A DNA stretch of 64,000 nucleotides, taken from assembly GCA_016709225.1 (NCBI GenBank), contig JADJEE010000012.1:2307630-2371629 (forward strand). Reading direction: 5' to 3'. Below, piece after piece: positions 1-9,909 of this stretch. Both the position numbers and the translations under genes were made by a program. Within the stretch, counting starts at the first letter, position 1. The number at the start of each line of letters is the position of its first letter. The notes below the pieces were generated by a model. That model was given only the letters and a program-made list of their open reading frames with translations, did not search any database and was not told where the DNA came from. The stretch comes from Deltaproteobacteria bacterium. GTDB taxonomy: Bacteria; Myxococcota_A; Polyangia; Nannocystales; Nannocystaceae.

Positions 1-1225
1 GCGCTTCGCCGTCACCGCCTTGGTCCTGCTCGGCTGCGATCCCACGCCCGCTGCACCGACCCCAGCTGCCGACAGCCGGGCGGGCGCTGCGAAGGCAGAG
101 CCCACTGCGGACGCGCCGACGGACGCGAAGCAAGACGAGACCGCCGCGAACACCAAGCCCAAGGCCGCACCCACGCCGCTCACGAGGGAGGCGCGCGCCG
201 AGTACCACCAACACCTCGAGCAGGGCCGCAAGCTCGCGAAGGCGCAGGATTGGGCCAAGGCGATCGTCGAGCTCGAAGCTGCGCTCGCGGTGATTCCCGG
301 CGACGATCGTGCGCTGGGTGAGCTGTCGTGGGCGGCGTTCTCCTCGGGTGACCACGCCAAGGCGCGCTCCTCGGCGAAGGCGGCGGTGCTCGCCGCCAGC
401 AACCCGAAGATCAAAGGCGCGTCGCTCTACAACCTCGGCCGTGCCGAGGAGGCACTCGGCGAGCTGGCCGCGGCGAAGTCCGCGTACGAGCAGTCGATCG
501 CGGCGCGCCCGAACGAGGTCGTGCGCAAGCGACTCGCCGACCTCGCCACCCGCGTGCCCGCGATCGCCGAGCCGCTGCCGTGCACCAAGCCCAGCGACGC
601 GACGAAGGTCTGCGAGTGTCTGCGAGCGACGCTGCCAGCGGACACCTTCGCACCCGAGAACCAGCCCGCGGCGTGCGAGCTCACGGCCACCGGCGTCGAC
701 GGCTTCTCGTTCGCGAGGTTCGCGACCTCGCCCATCGGTGAAGAGAACGTGGTGTTGATTGCGCGCGGGCCAGAGGGATGGGCCGTGGTCGCGCAGCTCG
801 ACTACGTCTACAACCCCGGCGCCTTCGGGATCTACGAGGAGTGGGAGCTCGCGGCTGCCAAAGAGCGCACGATTGGCACCCACGCCGTCGTCGAGTTCAC
901 CAGCCACAAGACGCGCTCCGACAGCGACATGGGCGTCGATGAAGCGGAATCGGAGACCACCGACAGGCTGATCGTGTGCGACCGCGGGGTCGGCAGGTCA
1001 CTGCCGCGCTGTCCGCTCCAGATCGTGACCTCGTACGAGTACGAGCGCGACCGCATGGGCCTCGCCGAGGATGGCGACCTCGCGAAGGACATTCAGACGC
1101 CGGGGCTGCCCATCCACAAGACCAGCAAGATCGCCGTCACGATCGGCGAGGATGGCATCGCGAAGCTCCGGGCCGAGACCGGCAGCGTCGAACCAGAGCA
1201 GCTGGGCGATCGCAAGCTGTGGTGA
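1..1225 (+). CDS. TPR-like secreted lipoprotein, 5' end outside window (partial)
   Basis: The open frame runs from the window edge. The N-terminal ...ALVLLGCD looks like a lipobox whose signal peptide lies upstream of the window. The body is Ala-rich and helical (TPR-like) and the C-terminal domain is conserved-looking. GC3 is high in this frame only. Confidence 0.6.
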   Translation, partial: RFAVTALVLLGCDPTPAAPTPAADSRAGAAKAEPTADAPTDAKQDETAANTKPKAAPTPLTREARAEYHQHLEQGRKLAKAQDWAKAIVELEAALAVIPGDDRALGELSWAAFSSGDHAKARSSAKAAVLAASNPKIKGASLYNLGRAEEALGELAAAKSAYEQSIAARPNEVVRKRLADLATRVPAIAEPLPCTKPSDATKVCECLRATLPADTFAPENQPAACELTATGVDGFSFARFATSPIGEENVVLIARGPEGWAVVAQLDYVYNPGAFGIYEEWELAAAKERTIGTHAVVEFTSHKTRSDSDMGVDEAESETTDRLIVCDRGVGRSLPRCPLQIVTSYEYERDRMGLAEDGDLAKDIQTPGLPIHKTSKIAVTIGEDGIAKLRAETGSVEPEQLGDRKLW

Positions 1226-1271
1226 CGACGACGATGTGGCGGGGTCGTGGCGCCGCCGGCTCGCGCGCGGC

Positions 1272-3950
1272 TCACGGCGCGGGCAGCTCGGCGATCCGCC
1301 GATCGAGGCGCTCGAGACGGGCCGGGTCCGGCTCGGGCGCGGCGGCAGCGATCGCCCGCGCGCGCACGAGCAGGCGCCGACGCTCGTCCTGCTGCGACGC
1401 GAGCACGAGCACGTCGGACAGCGCCACCAGCGTACCGACCAGCTCGGGATACTCGAGTCCGTAGGCGCGCTCCTGCACCGCGATCGCACGCCGGAGCGCA
1501 CGCTCGGCCGCCACGGGCTCGTGCAGCTCTGTCAGCGCCAGGCCGAGGTCGTGCAGCGGCATGATGAGCTCGGGGTGCTCGGGCCCGAAGTGGCGCTCGA
1601 AGATCGCGACCGCGCGCTCGAGCTGCGGCCGCGCGAGCTCGGGGTGGCCCTCCTGCGCGTGGGTCAGCGCGATGTGGGCCAGCACGCTGGCGACCTCGGG
1701 ATGATCGGGGCCGTAGGCCGCCTCGAGGTTGGCCATGGCGCGCTCGTACCACAGCCGCGCGGTCGCGGGCTCGTCGCGGGCCCACCACACGTTGCCGATG
1801 TTGGACTGTAGATCGCCGACCGTCGGATGGTGCGGCCCGTACAGTCGCTCGAAGCTGGCGGCGGCCTCTTCGTAGAGCGGCATCGCAGCGTCGACATCGT
1901 CGCGCAGGAACGTGAGGTTGGCGAGCGCGGTCGTCACCAACGCCCGCTCGCGATCATCGGGCTGCAGCTGCGCGGCGGCCTCGCGGGCGCGCTCGAACGA
2001 CGACGCCGCGCCGTCGAAGTCGCGCTGCTCCAGACGCATCGCGCCATGCGCGACGAACAGCTTCACGGTGAGCGCCGGCGCGGCGCCGTGGCGATCGAGC
2101 AACGCCGACGCCAGCGCGAACCACCGCTCACCCTCGGGAACCCGCGCATCGACGTAGCCGACCTGTCGCAGCAGATCGATCGCGATGGTCGCCGCCAGCC
2201 GATCGTCACCCCCGCGCAGCGCCGTCCACAGCGCCTCCTCGAGCGCGGCCTCGCCGTCGTCGCCACCATCCTTGGTCGCGAGCTGACCGTGGATGTGCAG
2301 CGTCTCGGCCAGCAGCGGCGGATAGCCGAGCGTGCGCGCCTGCGGGAGCATCGTCGCGAGCTGCTCGGCGGCGTCGCGGGGGTGACCCGAGATGTCGGCG
2401 GCGTGGACCTGCGCGAGCTGGGCCTGCAGCGACTCGATCGCCTGGCGTCGCTCGGGCTCGGTGGGCAGCGGCGTGCGCTGGCCGAGGGTGGCGGTCTCGC
2501 TGCAGGCGTCGAGCGCAGGCAATCGTCCGACCGCCGTCACCGACTCGCGCACGGTGATGACGTCCGCCGCGGCCATGCGCGCGACCAGGGCGTCGAACGA
2601 CTGCTGCGCGCGCGCGAGGCACTGCATGCGCTCGTCGAGCACCTGCTCGGACTGCACGCCATCGATCGACGTGGCGCGGCACGCCTGGCCGTGCGCCTCG
2701 ACCCACGCACCGGCGTAGCCTTCGAGCAGCGAAGTCGTGTGGCGCAGGGCGTCCGCGGCATACGGCGCGTCGACACCCTCGAACGCGTGACGCAACGCGT
2801 CGCGCGTGGCGTCGTTCCAGCTGGGGGCGAATGCCGCTGCGGCGCCCCTGCACGGTGTTGGCGATGCGGTCGCGCGCGCGGTGAACCACGCCGCGCCGCC
2901 GGTCGCACCGAGGGCGACGGCCGCGATCGCGAAGCGACGCCGCCGTGCTCTCGGATCGCGCGAGAGGCGGTCGAGCAGCGCCGACAGCGACGGGTGACGC
3001 TCGTCGACGCGCTTGGCGAGCCCCCGACGCAGCAGCGGCCACACCCACCGCGGCACGCGACCATCGGCCGGCGGGGGCTCGGGCTCGCGCTCGCACACCG
3101 CGATGACCAGGGCCGTCAGCGAGGCCGCGCGGAACGGACGCACGCCATAGAGCGCCTCGTAGAGCGCGACGCAGAACGCAAACTGGTCGGCGGCCGGGCC
3201 CGGCTCTCCACCGAGATGTTGCTCCGGCGCCATGTAGGCCGGCGTGCCCGCGCGTCCATCATGCACGCTGGTCTCGCCGCTGCCTCGAGCACCGGCGTCG
3301 GTGGGCGGGACCTCGTCGGTCGGCTCCATTCCCGACGAGCGATCGAGCACGCGGGCGAGCCCGAAGTCACCGACCCGCGCCCGTCCATCGCGCCCGATGA
3401 GCACGTTGTCGGGCTTGAAGTCGCCGTGCACGATGCCGGCGTCGTGGGCTGCGACCAGACCGCGCCCGGCGTCGAGGTACATCGCGACGATCTCCGACCA
3501 CGTGCGCTCCGGCGCGCGCTGCCACTGCGTCAGCGTGCCGCCGTCGATCTGTTCCATCGCCACGAAGACGCGGCCACCGATGGTGCCGACGTCGTGCACC
3601 GTCACGACGTTGGGCGAGGTGAGCCGCGCCATGGCCTGGGCCTCGCGCAGCAGTCGGCGGCCGCCGGCCGCTCCCGCACCCCCGCGCGCATGCAACAGCT
3701 TGAGCGCGACGGCGCGGTCGAGCTCGGGGTCGAACGCCGAGTACACCACGCCCATCGCGCCGACACCGAGCGTGCCGTGCACGACGTAGCGACCGAGCTG
3801 GCCGTGCAGCTCACCCGACGCGGCAGGCCCACGCTCGCCGCGCGCGGTCGCGTGCTCGTCGCTGGCGTGCGTCTCCTCGAGACTTCGCGGATCGGATCGC
3901 ACGTCATCACGCGCGTCCCCGCCCTCGCCGTCCGTGCCGCCCACGCGCAT
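1272..3950 (-). CDS. Eukaryotic-like Ser/Thr protein kinase with C-terminal TPR repeats
   Basis: Glycine loop LGVGAMGVVY, lysine motif AVALK, catalytic loop HGDFKPDNVLI, and DFG/APE-like motifs (DFGLAR, PAYMAPE) are all present. The C-terminal half is tandem TPR-like repeats (repeated LxNLAxxY and YERAL motifs). An ATG sits at the minus-strand start. Confidence 0.9.
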   Translation of the reverse strand: MRVGGTDGEGGDARDDVRSDPRSLEETHASDEHATARGERGPAASGELHGQLGRYVVHGTLGVGAMGVVYSAFDPELDRAVALKLLHARGGAGAAGGRRLLREAQAMARLTSPNVVTVHDVGTIGGRVFVAMEQIDGGTLTQWQRAPERTWSEIVAMYLDAGRGLVAAHDAGIVHGDFKPDNVLIGRDGRARVGDFGLARVLDRSSGMEPTDEVPPTDAGARGSGETSVHDGRAGTPAYMAPEQHLGGEPGPAADQFAFCVALYEALYGVRPFRAASLTALVIAVCEREPEPPPADGRVPRWVWPLLRRGLAKRVDERHPSLSALLDRLSRDPRARRRRFAIAAVALGATGGAAWFTARATASPTPCRGAAAAFAPSWNDATRDALRHAFEGVDAPYAADALRHTTSLLEGYAGAWVEAHGQACRATSIDGVQSEQVLDERMQCLARAQQSFDALVARMAAADVITVRESVTAVGRLPALDACSETATLGQRTPLPTEPERRQAIESLQAQLAQVHAADISGHPRDAAEQLATMLPQARTLGYPPLLAETLHIHGQLATKDGGDDGEAALEEALWTALRGGDDRLAATIAIDLLRQVGYVDARVPEGERWFALASALLDRHGAAPALTVKLFVAHGAMRLEQRDFDGAASSFERAREAAAQLQPDDRERALVTTALANLTFLRDDVDAAMPLYEEAAASFERLYGPHHPTVGDLQSNIGNVWWARDEPATARLWYERAMANLEAAYGPDHPEVASVLAHIALTHAQEGHPELARPQLERAVAIFERHFGPEHPELIMPLHDLGLALTELHEPVAAERALRRAIAVQERAYGLEYPELVGTLVALSDVLVLASQQDERRRLLVRARAIAAAAPEPDPARLERLDRRIAELPAP

Positions 3951-3990
3951 AGCATGCTACGCGAAGACGCGGCCAGCCGGGCACGCGTCC

Positions 3991-4024
3991 GCGCACGTGC
4001 CCGCGCCCGCGCACGTGCACGTGC
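3991..4024. promoter_or_regulatory. Cluster of CACGTG palindromes in the divergent kinase / DTW intergenic region
   Basis: gcgcacgtgc ccgcgcccgc gcacgtgcacgtgc: three CACGTG hexamer palindromes lie within 34 nt between two divergently oriented start codons. Confidence 0.25.
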
Positions 4025-4040
4025 TAGCCTCCCGCGCCCG

Positions 4041-5219
4041 ATGGACCTCGTCGCACCGCAGCCCCGCGCGATGTGTCTGCGCTGCCGCCGGCCGCAGGTG
4101 GTCTGCTGGTGCCGGTTCATCACGCCGATCCCCACGCGCACGCGCGTGGTGTTGGTGCAGCACTCGCGCGAGCGCGACGTCGCGATCGGCACCGCACGCA
4201 TGGCGAGTCTCTCGCTGCCGAACTCCGAGCTGCACGTCGGTGTCGACTTCACCGACGACCCCGCGCTCGCGCGCGCGCTCGGCGATCCCACGCGACCACC
4301 GATCCTGCTCTACCCCGGCCGCGACAGCATCGACGTGGTACAGCAACCGCCGACGGGGCCGGTCACGCTGGTGGTGGTCGACGGCACCTGGTCGCAGGCC
4401 AAGACGCTAATCCGCGACAACCCGCAGCTGGCGTCCCTGCCCCGCTACGGCTTCGTGCCGCCCAAGCCCAGCGAGTACCGCATCCGTCGCGAGCCGCAGG
4501 ACGAGTTCGTCTCGACCATCGAAGCACTCGTGCACGTGCTCGGTGCGCTCGAGGGCGCACCGGCGCGGTTCGAGGCCTTGATGACGCCGTTTCGCGCGAT
4601 GGTCGACATGCAGCTCGAGCACATCGGTCGGGTCCATGCTGGCCGTCGCAAGCTGCGGCGTCGACCCACGCGGCCGTCGCCGCGCGGCCCCGCGATCCTG
4701 CGCGAGCGCGCGACGGATCTACTGTGCATCGTCGGGGAGTCGAACGCGTGGCCCCACGGTCACGCGCTGCGCCCCCGCGGCAGCATCGGCGAGCTGGTGC
4801 ACTGGGTCGCGTGGCGCCCCGCGACCGACGAGCGCTTCGAGGCGGTGCTCGCCCCCCGCGGACCGCTGGCGCCCAACACCCCCAGCTACCTCGAGCTGTC
4901 GCAAGCCGCGATCGAGGGCGGCGAGTCGGTCGAGTCCTTCGTCGCACGCTGGCGGGACTTCGTACGCGAGCACGACGTCGTGTGCAGCTGGGGCAGCCAC
5001 GGCATGCGATTGCTGCGACCGACCGGCGGCATCTGGCCCGACCCCCACGTCGATCTTCGTCGCGTGCACGGCACCCTCACGCAGCGACGCGCGGGCAGCC
5101 TCGAACGCGACGCGACCGCGCTCGCACTGCCGGAGATCGCGTCGCCCGCCCACGGTCGCGCGGGGCGACGCCTCGCGCTACTGGCCGCGGTGGTGCGCCA
5201 CTACGCCGAACGCTGCTGA
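4041..5219 (+). CDS. DTW-domain protein (tRNA-uridine aminocarboxypropyltransferase-like) with a ~190-aa C-terminal extension
   Basis: The N-terminal half has the DTW-domain hallmarks: a CxxC pair (CLRCRRPQVVCWC) and the DGTW motif (VVVDGTWSQAK). The ATG at 4041 is in frame with the long track ORF 1827..5219, whose 5' part is antisense to the kinase. The C-terminal half (LCIVGESNAW...SWGSHG...H-x-D) weakly resembles a degenerate DEDDh exonuclease fold. Confidence 0.75.
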   Translation: MDLVAPQPRAMCLRCRRPQVVCWCRFITPIPTRTRVVLVQHSRERDVAIGTARMASLSLPNSELHVGVDFTDDPALARALGDPTRPPILLYPGRDSIDVVQQPPTGPVTLVVVDGTWSQAKTLIRDNPQLASLPRYGFVPPKPSEYRIRREPQDEFVSTIEALVHVLGALEGAPARFEALMTPFRAMVDMQLEHIGRVHAGRRKLRRRPTRPSPRGPAILRERATDLLCIVGESNAWPHGHALRPRGSIGELVHWVAWRPATDERFEAVLAPRGPLAPNTPSYLELSQAAIEGGESVESFVARWRDFVREHDVVCSWGSHGMRLLRPTGGIWPDPHVDLRRVHGTLTQRRAGSLERDATALALPEIASPAHGRAGRRLALLAAVVRHYAERC

Positions 5220-5365
5220 CGAGCTGGGGCGAACACGCTGCCGCGCGCGGCAACCGAATCGTGGCGGCGGGCGTCGCGTCCGCGAGCGCCCATCCCGAAC
5301 GCCTTGACGCAACCGCCACGCCGTGGCTCGCTACGAAGCGAAGGCGCGCCAGGAGGTCTCCCGTC

Positions 5366-5971
5366 ATGCACGAACCGTCGGACGGCCGGGAGCATCGATC
5401 GCGAATGAGACGGACGACGAAACTGCGGGCGAGCCCATGGCTCATGCGGATCCCGCTGCTGGCCGCGTGCGCCGGTCACCGCGAAGTCCCTTCCTCCGCA
5501 CCACCCGAGGTCGTGCGGGTCGAACTGCCCGCGACCGTGTCGCTGCCCGACGAGCCTCATGCCTCTGCGACGACGGGCGCGGAGGCCGGAGCGACACCGG
5601 AACCATTCGTCGCTGTCCGCGATCCGCAGTGCAAGGTCGACGCGGACTGCATTCCGGTGGGCGAGGTCCATCCCTACATCTGCGGGGTCGAGCGCGAGCC
5701 CGAGATGATGTGGCCGGTCGACATGCTCGTTCGAGGGACGCTCGACTACAATGTCCCGGGTACCGGCTGCCTGTGCATCCAACGGCAGTGTGCGATTCGG
5801 GTGAACACTTGCGAGCTACTCATCGGCAGGAAGACCCCGAACTGGGACCTGCCGGTGCGTCGCTGGTGTAACGGCGACAAGCCGGGGCCGCGTCTCAATC
5901 GAGGCCTGGACCCACCGCAGGAGGCCCACCCGAAGGGCACTGGTCAAAGCGATGCGGGCTCCAAACGCTGA
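5366..5971 (+). CDS. Hypothetical lipoprotein (Cys-rich C-terminal domain)
   Basis: An AGGAGG lies 9 nt upstream of the ATG. The signal peptide has a lipobox (MRIPLLAACAG). The C-terminal domain carries 8 Cys. The frame is shared with track ORF 4073..5971. Confidence 0.55.
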   Translation: MHEPSDGREHRSRMRRTTKLRASPWLMRIPLLAACAGHREVPSSAPPEVVRVELPATVSLPDEPHASATTGAEAGATPEPFVAVRDPQCKVDADCIPVGEVHPYICGVEREPEMMWPVDMLVRGTLDYNVPGTGCLCIQRQCAIRVNTCELLIGRKTPNWDLPVRRWCNGDKPGPRLNRGLDPPQEAHPKGTGQSDAGSKR

Positions 5972-6008
5972 GATTCCCGCCATTCGGCCCCACGCGACCG
6001 CGACCGGC

Positions 6009-6920
6009 TCACATCAACACGCCGTCGTCGTCGGGCGTCGGCGGCTCGGGGGCATCGGAGTCGCCGAGTCGATTGCACAGCTCGATCTCGATGTTGGTCG
6101 CGATCGCGTTCAGCGGAAGGGCGGCGGGGGCCATCGAGAACGGGTCCTCGAGCATGGTCCCGACCTGGTCGATCACGCGGAACGCGAAGCAGACGAGCAC
6201 CGCGATCGGGACTGCGAACCATCCAGCTTCCTCGACGATGCCCATCGGCAGTAGCACCGCGAACGCGGCGATGAGCAGCGACGCGACGAACTCGTAGGTC
6301 TGCGGGAACGGGGTCTTCTTGATGCGCTCGCAGCCGCCCTGGACGTCGAGCAGCGTGGCGATCGAGCTGTCGAGGGACTGCAGCGCGCGGGCGTCGAGGT
6401 GGCCGGCGCGGCACAGGCGTGCGAGGTCGCGGAGCTGGCGGTTCAGCAGCGCAGCGTTGACGTTGGGTTCGTCGGTCATTCGCCCGAGCTCGCTCGGCTC
6501 GACGTAGCTCGCGACCTCGGGGTCACGCGTGGCGTCCTGCTCGCGCAGGGAGCAGCGCAGCGCGTGCACGTAGGCGATGTGGCGACGCACGATGCGTTGC
6601 AGGATCGGTCGCAGTCGATCGGCGGGTCCCACCGGGTAGCCCAGCACCTGAATCCCGAACATGCGCGAGGTGTTGACCAGCTGACCCCACAACTTCCGGC
6701 CTTCCCACCAGCGGTCGTAACAGGAGTTGGTGCGGAAGCTGACGAAGATCCCGATCGCTGCACCGATGACCGTGAGCGGCACCGCCGGCAGATCGACCCA
6801 TGTCGCGGTGAGCACATCCTCGAGGAACACCACGATGCCGGCGCACGCGGCATACAGCGCCAGGGCGCGCCACTGCCACACGACGAGCGTGGACACGGAT
6901 CGGTGGTAGTCGACGAACAT
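6009..6920 (-). CDS. Bestrophin-like / UPF0187 (YneE family) anion channel
   Basis: Strong motif match to YneE: FRTNSCYDRWWEGRKLWGQL (compare FRNNACYARYVEARKLWGQL) and EDPFSMAPAALPLNAIATNIE (compare EDPFG..NDLPLNAM). The start is placed at the internal MFVDYH ATG, because the upstream part of the track ORF is Arg/Gly-rich filler. Confidence 0.8.
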   Translation of the reverse strand: MFVDYHRSVSTLVVWQWRALALYAACAGIVVFLEDVLTATWVDLPAVPLTVIGAAIGIFVSFRTNSCYDRWWEGRKLWGQLVNTSRMFGIQVLGYPVGPADRLRPILQRIVRRHIAYVHALRCSLREQDATRDPEVASYVEPSELGRMTDEPNVNAALLNRQLRDLARLCRAGHLDARALQSLDSSIATLLDVQGGCERIKKTPFPQTYEFVASLLIAAFAVLLPMGIVEEAGWFAVPIAVLVCFAFRVIDQVGTMLEDPFSMAPAALPLNAIATNIEIELCNRLGDSDAPEPPTPDDDGVLM

Positions 6921-7380
6921 CGAAGGCGGCGGCGGGGATCCACGGCTGCACGCGTGGTGCCATGGCTGGCGTCGTGCAGGCGTGGGCAAGGACCCGCACC
7001 GACCGCGCGCATCAGCGCCCTGCATCCCATGGGCACGTGCGCCAGCGCCCGCACGGGCGCCGGTGGTGCCCGCGTTCGGCCGCCAGCTCGTCGGGCGCGT
7101 CAGCATCCGCGCCGCCGCATCGTCGAAGCCGCTGCAGTCCACCGTCGGTGGGCCGAGGTTCCGGCGGCTGGCATCCGCGGCGCGTGTGGGCCGAGGTGCA
7201 CCGGGGCGCTCGGGCGGCAGCGTCTTCGATCGCGTCAGCGTCTTGTCGAATCCGTCGCGCGGGCCGCAGTTCGGGCGTCAACGTCCCGACATGGTCCATG
7301 CGGCCGAATTGCCACCGCGTCGAGATCGCATCGCTTTGTCACGCGGCACCACGGTTGCTCCTTCTACGGGGCAACCCGCC

Positions 7381-7656
7381 ATGACCGCCGCCGACGTCAC
7401 CGTTTCCACGCCTGTCTTCTTCGACCTCGAGGCGAACCTGTTCGGCCATGACCCGGATCGGGCCACCGACGTCGCCCATGCCTTCGTGCGACAGGCGGTG
7501 CGCCCCGGACGTCCGCTGCGGCGCGTCACCAGCTCGGACGTGCCGTGCCTGCCCGACGTCGGCGTCGGCGGCTACGCGCGCCACAGCGGCGAGACCACGG
7601 TGGTGCGCAGCAGTGGGCTCGCGCTGGTGCTGGCGCAGCGTGCCCGCGCGGCATGA
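7381..7656 (+). CDS. Small hypothetical protein
   Basis: The last 91 codons of track ORF 6982..7656 have very high GC3. The ATG is preceded by a GGGG run. There are no recognisable motifs. Confidence 0.25.
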   Translation: MTAADVTVSTPVFFDLEANLFGHDPDRATDVAHAFVRQAVRPGRPLRRVTSSDVPCLPDVGVGGYARHSGETTVVRSSGLALVLAQRARAA

Positions 7657-7659
7657 AGG

Positions 7660-8097
7660 TCACATTCGATCGATGCCGCCCTTGGCGATGATCGCCCCGG
7701 CGACATCGAAGAACGACGCGACGCTGTCGCTGTGATCGCCGCGGATGTGCTTGCCGGCCTTGGTCAACGGGAACGCGGTGATGTCGGCCGCCGGCAGGTG
7801 CACGCCGGGTCCACGCTCGGCATCCTCGCGCCACTGGCCGCCGTAGACCGCGACCATGCACTCGCCGACGAATGCACCGATCGCCAGCGCCATGCGATCG
7901 CAATCATCGGCGGACCACAGCGCCCGGTTGGCTTCGATGTAGCGATCGACCGCGGCGACCCCGGCGTGATCGTACTCGAGTTCGATGCCGACCCGCGCCA
8001 GCGTGCGCACGAGACCGTCGGCGTGATCGCGGAGCTGTCGACGCACGGCATCCATCGAGGGTGACGGTACCGCGACGGCGTGCGCGAGGGGGCGCAT
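7660..8097 (-). CDS. Hypothetical protein
   Basis: C-terminal ~145 aa of track ORF 7660..8364 (MRPLAHAVAVPSPSMDAVRRQL...). Codon usage looks coding. An alternative ATG lies at 8055. Confidence 0.4.
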   Translation of the reverse strand: MRPLAHAVAVPSPSMDAVRRQLRDHADGLVRTLARVGIELEYDHAGVAAVDRYIEANRALWSADDCDRMALAIGAFVGECMVAVYGGQWREDAERGPGVHLPAADITAFPLTKAGKHIRGDHSDSVASFFDVAGAIIAKGGIDRM

Positions 8098-8284
8098 CCG
8101 TCGATGCCGCCCTCGGTGCTCGGTGCCGAGGGGCGACGTGGCGTTGCGGCGGCGAGCAGCCCACGTTTCGGACGCGGCCCGCGAGGCCGCCCGCGGACCG
8201 CCGCGATTGCGCACGTTCGCGCGAGCGCGTGTAATCCCGGCGCAGCCGCGACGATGTCTCGTCGGTGGCCCCGACGATCTGAGC

Positions 8285-9301
8285 ATGCTGCCCCTCGCCC
8301 TCGCACTCGCGACCCTCGCAGGCCCCAGCCCCGAGCTGCCTGCGCCGGAGGAGCCCGTGACCACGGCGACGAGCCTGCGATGGTCGGCGCCACCCTCGTG
8401 CCCCGATCGCGACGCGGTGCTCGGTCAGCTCGCGCCACGGGTGGACCTGGACACCCTCGCCGTCACGGTCGAGATCCACACCACCGACGCCGCGATGCTG
8501 CACGCCGAGGTCGCGATCACCGGCCCGCACGGCAGCACCACGCGCACGCTCGAGAGCCCGGCATGCCAGAGCATCGTCGATGCCGTGGTGCTGTTGGCAG
8601 AGGTGACCGCCGAGTCGCTGCCGAGTCGCAGCGCGCTGGCAGACACGCCGGCGACGGTACCCGAGCCAGTTCCGACGACCGAACCCGCGACGCAGACCGA
8701 GCCGCCACCGCACGACGTGCGCGACGATGCACCGCCCGCGGGGCAGCCGGGCCCCCGTAGGCCCGAGCCCGCGCGCGGGCGTCGGACGCAGGCGCGATTC
8801 GCCGCCGCCGCGGTGGTCGGGGGCAACCTCGTGCCCAATGTCGATGCGGGCGCGCGGCTGTCGATCGGCATCGCGCGTCGGCGCGTCCTCGCGGATGTCG
8901 GCGGGGCCTTCGTCGGGCGGGGACGCCTGCGCCCGAACGACGACGTGCGCCTGCAGTTCGATGCCTGGGCCGCGATCGCGCGGGTGTGCCCGGTCGTACC
9001 GCTGCCGACGCCCCGCCTCGCGCTGGCGATCTGCGGCGTTGCGGCGGCCGGCACCATGGTCGCGAGCGCACAGGGCCCCGGCCTGCTGTTCCCGCGAACC
9101 CGCGCCCAGCCGTGGCTGCGCCTCGCCGCCGGTCCCGAGCTCGGCGTGGTGCTCGGCCCACGCGTGCGGCTGGTCGCCGGCCTCGAGCTCGGCGGCCACG
9201 TCCTGCGCCCGGGCTTCACGCTCGGCGGCCTGGGCCGCATCTGGGCGCCCAGCGGCCTCTCCGCCCATGGCCTGCTCGGCATCGAGGTCCGCGTCCCGTG
9301 A
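8285..9301 (+). CDS. Secreted hypothetical protein (signal peptide; Gly/Ala/Leu-rich C-terminal region), first gene of an ECF sigma operon
   Basis: There is an internal ATG followed by the signal-like MLPLALALATLAGP. The stop overlaps the GTG start of the downstream sigma gene (GTGA). Confidence 0.55.
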   Translation: MLPLALALATLAGPSPELPAPEEPVTTATSLRWSAPPSCPDRDAVLGQLAPRVDLDTLAVTVEIHTTDAAMLHAEVAITGPHGSTTRTLESPACQSIVDAVVLLAEVTAESLPSRSALADTPATVPEPVPTTEPATQTEPPPHDVRDDAPPAGQPGPRRPEPARGRRTQARFAAAAVVGGNLVPNVDAGARLSIGIARRRVLADVGGAFVGRGRLRPNDDVRLQFDAWAAIARVCPVVPLPTPRLALAICGVAAAGTMVASAQGPGLLFPRTRAQPWLRLAAGPELGVVLGPRVRLVAGLELGGHVLRPGFTLGGLGRIWAPSGLSAHGLLGIEVRVP

Positions 9302-9909
9302 CGGGGCCACCGATTGCGAGATCGTTCGACGGATTCGCGGGTCATACCGCAAGAGCGAAGGAGAGCTTGCGCGCCGCCCCCCACGACGCGGACCCGACCC
9401 CGGGCCCGACGACCGCCTTCGAGGCGGCCTACGCCGAACACTTCGGGTTCGTGTGGCGGAGCCTGCGTGGGCTCGGCGTGCCGACGGCGTCGCTCGACGA
9501 CGCGGCGCAGGATGTCTTCGTCGTGGTCCACGATCGACTGCACACGTTCGACTCCACGCGCCCGATGCGGGCGTGGCTGTTCGGCATCGTGCGCAACGTG
9601 GCGCGCCGTCATCACGAGCGCGGCGCGAGGCAGTCGCCGCTGCAGCTGGTGCAGTCGCCCGCGCCGCTCGAGGAGACCATGCAGTGGCGCGAGCGGGCGG
9701 CAGTGGTGGCCGCGATGCTCGAGCAGCTCGACGAGGGCCATCGCGCGGTGTTCTTGCTCGCGCAGCTCGAGGGCGCCACCGCGCCGGAGATCGCCGACGC
9801 GCTCGGCATCAATCTCAACACGGTCTACTCGCGACTGCGAACCGCACGCGCACGCTTCGAGCGCGCGGTCGCACGGCACGAACGACGGGATACGGAGTCG
9901 ACACGATGA
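9298..9909 (+). CDS. ECF-type RNA polymerase sigma factor
   Basis: Sigma-70 region 2 (FEAAYAEHFGFVWRSLRGLG...DAAQDVFVVVHDRLHTF...RAWLFGIVRNV) and region 4 (HRAVFLLAQLEGATAPEIADALGINLNTVYSRL) are present. The proposed GTG start at 9298 overlaps the upstream stop; a later TTG is also possible. Confidence 0.8.
   Translation: MTGPPIARSFDGFAGHTARAKESLRAAPHDADPTPGPTTAFEAAYAEHFGFVWRSLRGLGVPTASLDDAAQDVFVVVHDRLHTFDSTRPMRAWLFGIVRNVARRHHERGARQSPLQLVQSPAPLEETMQWRERAAVVAAMLEQLDEGHRAVFLLAQLEGATAPEIADALGINLNTVYSRLRTARARFERAVARHERRDTESTR

Noticed and set aside
1827-4040. 5' 740 codons of the 1130-aa track ORF on the + strand
   Set aside because: It is antisense to the well-supported Ser/Thr kinase gene. 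The sequence is Arg/Ala/Gly-rich with no motifs. It is an open-frame artefact of about 70% GC. Only the part from the ATG at 4041 (the DTW protein) is real.
8425-9879. 484-aa minus-strand ORF and several other Arg/Pro/Ala-rich ORFs of 150-650 aa (for example 8727..9905 front part, 14706..16865, 16898..19288, 18677..20155, 62694..63908)
   Set aside because: They overlap motif-supported genes on the opposite strand or in another frame, and they lack a start context and domain motifs. High GC suppresses stop codons in non-coding frames.
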